Shown here: in pieces, positions 57,247-64,000 of the stretch
How the letters are laid out: every line of letters begins with the position of its first letter
Position numbering within the stretch: position 1 is the first letter of the stretch
Notes under the pieces: generated by a model
Told to the model about the DNA's origin: nothing
What the model saw: the letters and a program-made list of their open reading frames with translations, nothing else
The model's database searches: none
Translations under genes and position numbers: made by a program
DNA from: Myxococcota bacterium
GTDB taxonomy: Bacteria > Myxococcota_A > UBA9160 > UBA4427
Reading direction: 5' to 3'
Length of the DNA: 64,000 bases
Assembly: GCA_965250285.1 (NCBI GenBank)
Contig: OZ252299.1
Coordinates: 192,001 to 256,000, forward strand

Positions 57247-59109
57247 TCAGCCGCCGTGGGGGATGGGGCGCGATGCGTTCGTCTCGGACGGGCGCGGGCC
57301 GCGCAGCTCCTGGCCCAGGTGCGTCAGGTACAAGGCGATGTGTGCGGGGACGACCCAGGGCCACGCCTCGCGAAATGGGGCATGTGCCTCGAGACCGAGC
57401 AGCCCGATGATCGAGCCGACGATCATCGGGTGCGGGATCGAGCCGTAGGGGAATCGGTCGATGCGCTTCGGCGTGACGCGGCCGAGCTCGGCGCCGAAGT
57501 AGGTGCGCTCGCTGCCGAGCCGCAGCGCCGCGAGGGCCGCGAGCCCGAAACCGAACGTGACCCCGACCACCGAGACCAGGCCGATGGGCGCCGTCTGCAG
57601 ATACAGGCAGGCCAGCGTCGCCATCGAGACGCACTTCCAGAAGATCGCGTTGCGTTTGAAGGCTCCGACCGAGACGCGCTCGGGCGCCTCGCCGATGGCT
57701 GACCACGTCGCGATGTAGAGCGCGTAGTGGATGAAGCTCACCGCCGCGACGAAGAGGGCCACCGAGCCCATGAGCATGCTTGCGGCTGCCGACAGCGCCA
57801 GCCATGTGAGGTTGCCCAGGCCGATATGGCGCGTGAGCCGTTCCCAGAGCCATGTCTGGATCAGAATCATGCGCGCCGTCCACCGCTCGACGAGCCGCGT
57901 CGGCGCGAGCGTCTCGACGAAGAGCTGCCGAGCCCGTCGGTCGTAGCGTGTCGTCCAATTGCCCAACAGCCGCGCCCATGCGTTCAGTGGGCGCCGATAC
58001 ACGAGGTAGTGCAGCTTCAGCGTGATGCGGGGCCCGCCCGTGTCGGATCCACGGTCGGGATCATCGACGATGCGCTCGATGTAGTGGGGGGCGCGATTGA
58101 AGTCGAAGGCGAGCGCTTCTCCCTGCGTCAGCGTGATCCCCGCGTCACGGGTTTCGCTCTCCTCACCGCTTTCGTCCAGCGGAAACCGCGTCCGGACGTT
58201 CCGGTTCGGCGTCAGCCCGACCAGACATCGGTAGACGCTCGCGCCCGGGAAGACCGACCACGGGCCATCGACGTGCGGCATGTAGAAGACCTGGTCGGAG
58301 CTCAGCTCGCCAGGAGGCGCGCTGACGTACACCTCGTTCATGTCGGGTAGCGGCTCGACGGCGGTGCCCGGGCCATGATGCTCGGTGAACATGGCTTCGA
58401 GCCGGGATGAGCGAGCGAGGGCGTCACAGGCTTCGCGGATCTCGTCGGGGAGGTCGTCGCACCACCAGTGCTGGGTGCTGCGGCCGTCACCGGCCCGCTC
58501 GGTCGACCACGCCGCGACGCGCGCAATGCGCGCCGTGTCGTCCACCTCGACGAAGCGGGTCTGGATCGACTGTCGCTTCGGCGCGAGCCAGCCGAGCAGC
58601 GATCCGCGCGTTCGCCCGGCCGCGGCCAGCACGAGCGGCAGCAGGTAGAACGTGTGCAGTGCGTACCGAGCCACCCAGCCGGGCTCGTGGCGGTAGCTCC
58701 GCTCGAACGTCGACTCGCCCGAGAGCGCATGCGCGGCGTCCTGTGCCAGGTACGCCACGACGACGAGTGCGGCTGCGAGCCACGGTGAGATCGGCCAGCT
58801 CGCGGCGATCGCCGTGAGCAAGGCGACGAGATAGAAGCTGCGGCGACCGGTTCGTGGAGGCAGGGTCCGCCGGAGGGCGAGGGCGTACGCACCACCGACG
58901 GCGACGGTCGCAGGCCAGAAGATCGCGCTCGGCAGTGCGAGGGCGCCGTACAGACCGAGCGGCGTGGTCGCGAGGTGGAGCGACACGTTGAGGCCCGTCG
59001 AGTGGAACGGCAGGAAGGCGTCCAGGAGCGCGCTGAAGCGCGCTTCGCGCTGCGCCTGCGCACTCGGTCGACGCGCCTCCGGCTCGGTCTCTACGGTGGT
59101 GCCCTGCAT
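57247..59109 (-). CDS. Membrane fusion protein: Mpo1/DUF962-like, HxD dioxygenase-like and PEMT/ICMT-like methyltransferase domains
   Basis: FH...NVSLHL..P and QDAAH..SGE (Mpo1-like); soluble middle with VFYMPHVDGP, DFNRAPHYI, RITLKLHY; C-terminal RTYFGAELG...FPYG.IPHPMIVG. Confidence 0.7.
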   Translation of the reverse strand: MQGTTVETEPEARRPSAQAQREARFSALLDAFLPFHSTGLNVSLHLATTPLGLYGALALPSAIFWPATVAVGGAYALALRRTLPPRTGRRSFYLVALLTAIAASWPISPWLAAALVVVAYLAQDAAHALSGESTFERSYRHEPGWVARYALHTFYLLPLVLAAAGRTRGSLLGWLAPKRQSIQTRFVEVDDTARIARVAAWSTERAGDGRSTQHWWCDDLPDEIREACDALARSSRLEAMFTEHHGPGTAVEPLPDMNEVYVSAPPGELSSDQVFYMPHVDGPWSVFPGASVYRCLVGLTPNRNVRTRFPLDESGEESETRDAGITLTQGEALAFDFNRAPHYIERIVDDPDRGSDTGGPRITLKLHYLVYRRPLNAWARLLGNWTTRYDRRARQLFVETLAPTRLVERWTARMILIQTWLWERLTRHIGLGNLTWLALSAAASMLMGSVALFVAAVSFIHYALYIATWSAIGEAPERVSVGAFKRNAIFWKCVSMATLACLYLQTAPIGLVSVVGVTFGFGLAALAALRLGSERTYFGAELGRVTPKRIDRFPYGSIPHPMIVGSIIGLLGLEAHAPFREAWPWVVPAHIALYLTHLGQELRGPRPSETNASRPIPHGG

Positions 59110-59359
59110 CGCCGTGCGTCGCCCCCCGCGTTCGCTCTCGACGGAGCGAATGTAGGGTCGGGCGGTTGGAAGTCGGGCCGTTCGAGCCGTGGGCCCGGCA
59201 ATCACACGAGAACGTCACGGGCGCGTGTTCGGGCCGACAACCAGCCTCTGCGGCCGGGGCCCCGATGGACCGCGGCGACCGCAGCGCAGCGTGCGTCACC
59301 GGCCGCGGGCGGCACCGTCGCGGCGGCGGTAGCGTCGAGGTCAATCCACGGGAGGAGTC

Positions 59360-60775
59360 ATGTCGGAGCATCCCTCGAGCGCGTCGATTCGAGCACGGCT
59401 CTCGCATCCGATCATCGATGCCGACGGCCACGTGATCGAGTTCATGCCGGCCGTGCGCGATCACCTGATCGAGGTCGGGGGGCGGGCGCTCGCCGACGAG
59501 TTCGATGCGGTGCTGACGGCGCCGGCCCAACTCGCGGCGCTGCCCGAGGCCGAGCGCCGCGCCATGGGCCTCTTCAAGATGACGTGGTGGGCGTATCCGG
59601 CACGCAATGCCCTCGATCGCGCGACGGGCATGTTGCCGGCGTTGCTGTACGAGCGCCTCGACGAGCTCGCCCTCGACTTCGCGGTGCTGTATCCGACGGT
59701 GGGGCTGGCCGCGCTCAGCTTGACGAGTCAGACCGATCTGCGGCGCGCGGCCGTGCGTGCGTTCAATCGCTCGGCGGCCGAGATGTTCGAGCCGTATGCC
59801 GATCGGCTCACACCGGTCGCGATGATCCCGATGGTCGATCCGGGCGAGGCGATGGACGAGCTCGAGTACGCCGTCTTGGAGCTCGGGCTGAAGGCCGTGC
59901 TGCTGAACGGCCTCGTCTACCGACCGCTGGGGCCCGACCTGCCCGGCGGCGCGCGCTGGATCGACGCGTTCGGCGCCGAGAGCCCCTACGACTACGACCC
60001 GGTCTGGGCGAAATGCGTCGAGCTCGGCGTCGCGCCGACGTTCCACTCGAGCGCCATGGGCTGGGGCAGCCGCGTCTCGCAGCGCAGCTACGTGCAGAAC
60101 CACATCGGCAACTTCGCCCAGGCGGGCGAGGCGACGTGTCGCTCGCTGTTCATGCACGGCGTGCCGACGCGCTTCCCGGCGCTGCGCATGGCCTTTCTCG
60201 AGGGAGGTGCGGGCTGGGCGTGCAATCTGTACTCCGACCTCGTCGGACACCTCGAGAAGCGCGGGCCCGAGGGCGTCCGCGCCTACGACCCCGATGCGCT
60301 CGATCGCGATCTGGTCCGCCGACTGTTCGAGCAACACGGTGCACCGCGCTTCAAGAAGCACCTCGACGAGCTCGAGGCGGGCCTGGCGGTGCTCTCGCAG
60401 TCGGGGGATTACGCCGACGAATTCGCCGCGAGCGGCGTGCGATCGGCGGAGGACGTCCGCACGGTGTTCGAGCGCAACTTCCGGTTTGGCTGCGAGGCCG
60501 ACGACCCGATGAACGCCGTCGCATTCGACTCGCGCATCCAGCCGCTCGGTGCGCGCATTCGCGCGATCTTCAGCTCGGACATCGGTCACTGGGACGTGCC
60601 CGACATGGCGGGTGTGGTCGCCGAGGCGTGGGAACTCGTCGACGACGGGCTGCTCAGCGAAGACGACTTTCGCGCCTTCACGTTCGAGAACGCGGCGACC
60701 ATGTGGGCCGAGGCGAACCCGCGCTTCTTCGAGGGCACGTCGGTCGAAGCGCCGGTGGCCGCGCTCGCAGGTTAA
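59360..60775 (+). CDS. Amidohydrolase family protein
   Basis: [15 protein letters not shown]...ELG...[34 protein letters not shown]. Confidence 0.92.
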   Translation: MSEHPSSASIRARLSHPIIDADGHVIEFMPAVRDHLIEVGGRALADEFDAVLTAPAQLAALPEAERRAMGLFKMTWWAYPARNALDRATGMLPALLYERLDELALDFAVLYPTVGLAALSLTSQTDLRRAAVRAFNRSAAEMFEPYADRLTPVAMIPMVDPGEAMDELEYAVLELGLKAVLLNGLVYRPLGPDLPGGARWIDAFGAESPYDYDPVWAKCVELGVAPTFHSSAMGWGSRVSQRSYVQNHIGNFAQAGEATCRSLFMHGVPTRFPALRMAFLEGGAGWACNLYSDLVGHLEKRGPEGVRAYDPDALDRDLVRRLFEQHGAPRFKKHLDELEAGLAVLSQSGDYADEFAASGVRSAEDVRTVFERNFRFGCEADDPMNAVAFDSRIQPLGARIRAIFSSDIGHWDVPDMAGVVAEAWELVDDGLLSEDDFRAFTFENAATMWAEANPRFFEGTSVEAPVAALAG

Positions 60776-62697
60776 CCCGAGGGTTGGATCCAGATCGCCG
60801 AAGTCACCGCCCGCTCCTGGATCGACGTGGGCTCGGGTGCCTCGACGCCGAGCGTCTTCGCGTCGTACGTGCTGTATCGCGGCGTCGGGATCTCGATCAC
60901 GCGGGCGTAGTAGAGCGCGTGCTCGCCGGGGTCGTAGGTCGGGTCGATCCAAACCGCACTCAGCTCGGTGGCCCCGATGTCGTTCGTGTAGCTGGCTTCG
61001 GCGACGTCGACGGTGTTGCCGACGGGCGCGAGGGGGCCGTCGCCACTGCGCTCGAGCCGGTCGCCGGAAGCGGCCACGTCGAAGACCCGCTCGTGGCTTG
61101 CGCCGTCGGCGTCGACCCACGCCTTGATGATCTGCACGCGGTCGAGATGGGCGCCGATCGGGTCCTTGAGCGTCGAGACCACGAAGGTTGGCGCACCCGA
61201 GGCGCGGGCTTCGAGTGTCCCGCCCATGGGCACGCCGCTCGCGTAGGCGGCTTCGAGCCACGATCCGTCCTGCACGTCGGTCGGCAAATCCCAGCCCCCG
61301 AAGAAGCGCACCTGAATCCGCGGCCCGGATGTCGCGTACGTCTCCTTGCGGCGCATCGCGTCGAAGATCGAGTCGCGGGTGTTCTGCTCGGCCCACACGG
61401 CGATCAAGCCCGCCGCACCGTAGGCCGGCGTCGGCAGCGAATCCTTCGGCATCCACGTCGCGAGCCCGAGGCGCTGGGACGGCGTGCCGTCGAGTAAGGG
61501 CAGCTTGCCGTGGTGGTCGTCCTCTTCGACCGAGGAGCTCGCGTTGTGGCTGTCGCTGCTGGCGATCACGCCGAAGCGATACGGGTCGAAGCCCTCGCGG
61601 TGCGCCAGCTCGAGGCCCGTGCGCAGGGCGTCGCGCGCATAGCTGCCCTTCGGTTGGCTCGGCGGCGCGTCCTGGGTCATGACCGTGTCCATGAGCTCGA
61701 AGTCGGCGAACGCGTCTTCGGGGGAGAGGCTCGGGTGGGTCTCCGACGTGCCCTTGACCTGGAAGATCTCGACCAGGGGCTCGTTGCGCGTGCGCAGCTC
61801 GGCGTAGTCGGGCGAGAGCGGCTCGCCGGCGAACGTCGTGCCCTCGAACATCCGGCCGTCGCTCACGTTGCTGTTGTGCGGGATCGCGAGCACGCGCATC
61901 CCGGCCTCGCGCTGGGCGTCGAGGGTGCGCCAGAGATCCTCGGGGTTCTCCGAGTCGCGTGATGAGAACGGGCGCCCGGGCACGGCGTTCGAGCCGTAGA
62001 TCACATTGCGATGCAGGTTGCGCTCGTTCGGCATCGACGACCATTCGTAGCCGACGAACGTGGTGAAGCGGCCCGGGTCGTTGTGCCGGGCCGCCGCAGC
62101 GATGATCTCTTCCCACGCAGCCTGCGACACCTCGTCGAGCCCATCGAGCCCGAACGCCGCCTCGCGCGTCTCGCTGCTGCCCATCTGCGAGAGGATCGTG
62201 CTCAAGAAGACCCATGTCGTACGCGTGCGACTGCCCGACCGGATCGCGTCGCGTAGATCGCTCGCCTGGTCGGCGGCGTCGCCGGCGAGGTGGCGCGGCA
62301 CACCGAGGTACTCGGCGTGATCGGTGACGGCGCCGAAGTCGAGCGGTCGCTTGGCTCGAATCGGATAGCCGAGCGCGTGCTCGATCGTGCCGCCCTTCAT
62401 GAACGTATACGCGTCGTCGGGCAGCGCGCGCGTGCCCATCGTGAACGCGTCGTACGAGAAGGCCGTGTGGATGTGCAGGTCGCCCCAGAGCAGGTTGCGC
62501 GTCGGGTCGGTCGGCACGGCGGTGCGTTCGGGCGGCGGTGCGGCGGTGGCGGGATCGAAGGTCTCGTCGACCGTCGGATCCTCGAAGCCACCGCAGGCCA
62601 GCGTGGCGATGACCGCTCCGAGCGCGAGGACACGTCGCGCCCGCCGCGGGTGCGTGCGGGTCGAGCGCCGATGTACGGGGCAGACCGCCTCGCTCAT
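60772..62697 (-). CDS. DUF3604 (PHP-like metallohydrolase) lipoprotein
   Basis: TLAC lipobox, [64 protein letters not shown]. Confidence 0.92.
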   Translation of the reverse strand: MSEAVCPVHRRSTRTHPRRARRVLALGAVIATLACGGFEDPTVDETFDPATAAPPPERTAVPTDPTRNLLWGDLHIHTAFSYDAFTMGTRALPDDAYTFMKGGTIEHALGYPIRAKRPLDFGAVTDHAEYLGVPRHLAGDAADQASDLRDAIRSGSRTRTTWVFLSTILSQMGSSETREAAFGLDGLDEVSQAAWEEIIAAAARHNDPGRFTTFVGYEWSSMPNERNLHRNVIYGSNAVPGRPFSSRDSENPEDLWRTLDAQREAGMRVLAIPHNSNVSDGRMFEGTTFAGEPLSPDYAELRTRNEPLVEIFQVKGTSETHPSLSPEDAFADFELMDTVMTQDAPPSQPKGSYARDALRTGLELAHREGFDPYRFGVIASSDSHNASSSVEEDDHHGKLPLLDGTPSQRLGLATWMPKDSLPTPAYGAAGLIAVWAEQNTRDSIFDAMRRKETYATSGPRIQVRFFGGWDLPTDVQDGSWLEAAYASGVPMGGTLEARASGAPTFVVSTLKDPIGAHLDRVQIIKAWVDADGASHERVFDVAASGDRLERSGDGPLAPVGNTVDVAEASYTNDIGATELSAVWIDPTYDPGEHALYYARVIEIPTPRYSTYDAKTLGVEAPEPTSIQERAVTSAIWIQPSG

Positions 62698-63587
62698 GCG
62701 TTCAGCTTCGCGACCCGCTCGAGCAGCGGCTGAATCTGATCGGGCTTGCGGCAGAAGACGATCGGGAGCACCTCGACATGGGTGACACCGGCGTCGAGGG
62801 CCGCCTCGAGGCCGCCGAGGGTCGCTTCGAGATCGGGCCCCTTCAATCCCATGACGGGCGGCAGCTGGGCGCGCACCTGCAGCTCGGCCGGGTCGCGCCC
62901 CGCGGCCTCGAACGCCTTGCGCAGCGTCGCCACGCCGTCGGCGAGCTCGGCCGCGCTCTGCGAGATCGGGAGCCAGCCCGCGCCGTACTCGGCGATGCGC
63001 CGGGCGTTCAGCGGCGTCGGCGCGAAGCCGAACCACAGCGGAAGCGGGGTCTGTACGGGCGCCGGTCGCGAGTAGATGCCCTCGAAGCGCACGGTCTCGC
63101 CTTCGTAGCTCGCCGGCGCGTCGCGCCAGAGCGCCAGGCAGGCGCGCACCTGCTCTTCGAGCCGCTTGCCCCTGCGCTCGAAGGGCAGCATCGATGCCTC
63201 GTACTCTTCGCGCTGCCAGCCGGTCCCCAGCCCGAGGTCGAGCCGGCCTCCCGAGATGACGTCGAGTGTGGCCGCCTGCTTCGCGAGGAGCACGGGCGGG
63301 CGCAGCGGCGCGATCAACACGCTGGTCGAGAGACGAATGCGCTGTGTGGCCGCAGCAAAGGCCGAAAGCGCGACGACGGGTTCGTACCAGGGAGCGGGTG
63401 GCGGGAGCGGAAAGTCGCCGTAGGGGTAGCGGTCGGTGCGCTCGCCCATGACGACGTGATCGGTCATCACCATCTGGTCGATGCCGAGGCGGTCGGCCTC
63501 GGCGACGACTTCGATCACTCTCTTGAAGTCGCCGCCATAGAGGTTCTCGATGCCGAAGATGCCGATCGCGGTCTGAAAGGGCTGCAT
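62694..63587 (-). CDS. LLM-class (probably F420-dependent) oxidoreductase
   Basis: TDHVVMG...[33 protein letters not shown]. Confidence 0.92.
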   Translation of the reverse strand: MQPFQTAIGIFGIENLYGGDFKRVIEVVAEADRLGIDQMVMTDHVVMGERTDRYPYGDFPLPPPAPWYEPVVALSAFAAATQRIRLSTSVLIAPLRPPVLLAKQAATLDVISGGRLDLGLGTGWQREEYEASMLPFERRGKRLEEQVRACLALWRDAPASYEGETVRFEGIYSRPAPVQTPLPLWFGFAPTPLNARRIAEYGAGWLPISQSAAELADGVATLRKAFEAAGRDPAELQVRAQLPPVMGLKGPDLEATLGGLEAALDAGVTHVEVLPIVFCRKPDQIQPLLERVAKLNA

Positions 63588-63661
63588 GGGTCTCCCGGGT
63601 GGGGGCTGGCGCGCCCCGGTCGGGAGAGGCTATCCCACCTCCTCCGAACTGAGGAGGCGAC

Positions 63662-64000
63662 ATGCCGAGAGACGCCATGCAGGAGACCATCGACTGGGTC
63701 GCGATTCGACGGCTGCACAGCCGCTACGCCGACGTGGTCAACCGGCAAGCGTGGGTCGAGCTGAGCGAGCTCTTTCTCGAAGAGGCCGTCGTGCGCGTCG
63801 AGATGCCGCGACAGGATCCGATCGACGCGGTTGGGCCGGCTGCGCTCGGTGAATTCATCGAGAACGCGGTGGCGCGGTTCGACTGGTTCCAGTTCGTGGT
63901 GCTCGAGGCGCGCATCGAGTGGCCCGAAGGCGGCGCTGAAGACGAGGCGCTGGGTCGCGTCTACATGGTCGAGCTGCGGCAGGATCGAAAGACGGGCCAG
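63662..64000 (+). CDS. SnoaL-like / NTF2-family protein (truncated by window edge; absent from the ORF track)
   Basis: My translation: [42 protein letters not shown]...; GAGGAGG RBS at 63651-63657. Confidence 0.8.
   Translation, partial: MPRDAMQETIDWVAIRRLHSRYADVVNRQAWVELSELFLEEAVVRVEMPRQDPIDAVGPAALGEFIENAVARFDWFQFVVLEARIEWPEGGAEDEALGRVYMVELRQDRKTGQ

Noticed and set aside
58487..62215. 1242-aa minus-strand ORF
   Set aside because: Arg/Ala-rich off-frame or antisense reading over the DUF3604, amidohydrolase and fusion genes.
62698..63690. Apparent N-terminal extension of DUF3604 in the 972-aa ORF
   Set aside because: Off-frame overlap with the LLM gene; the lipoprotein signal begins after ATG 62697.

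Overview
High-GC (roughly 70% by eye), densely coding bacterial chromosome segment. Gene content suggests a diderm, Myxococcota/deltaproteobacteria-like organism: lpxD, hemA-hemC-cobA/hemD, a sigma54 activator, several F420/flavin LLM enzymes, amidohydrolases and DUF3604. The taxonomy is inference only. I found no rRNA, tRNA, CRISPR array, transposase or integrase. The left part is mostly housekeeping (hem genes, lpxD, rnhB, truD, cysK, acpP, polA). The rest is regulators, RND/MMPL transporters and catabolic oxidoreductases. The best candidate for a new system is at 38.5-47.4 kb. One protein fuses a PilZ (c-di-GMP) module, a LuxD-like acyl-ACP thioesterase with an intact Ser-Asp-His triad and a SAM methyltransferase. 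It is followed by a membrane hybrid kinase resembling fused PhcS+PhcR and lies divergent from an MMPL lipid exporter, so it may be a c-di-GMP-gated fatty-acid-methyl-ester signalling module. Other notable items: betaine-lipid genes btaA/btaB beside an Mpo1-like/HxD/PEMT-like triple fusion, a DapF with both catalytic Cys replaced by Ser, five sigma28-like promoter motifs, a TetR broken by an exact 5-bp duplication, a BON lipoprotein with an apparent premature amber stop, and a C25G8 homopolymer. All family assignments come from motif recognition by eye; no searches were run.
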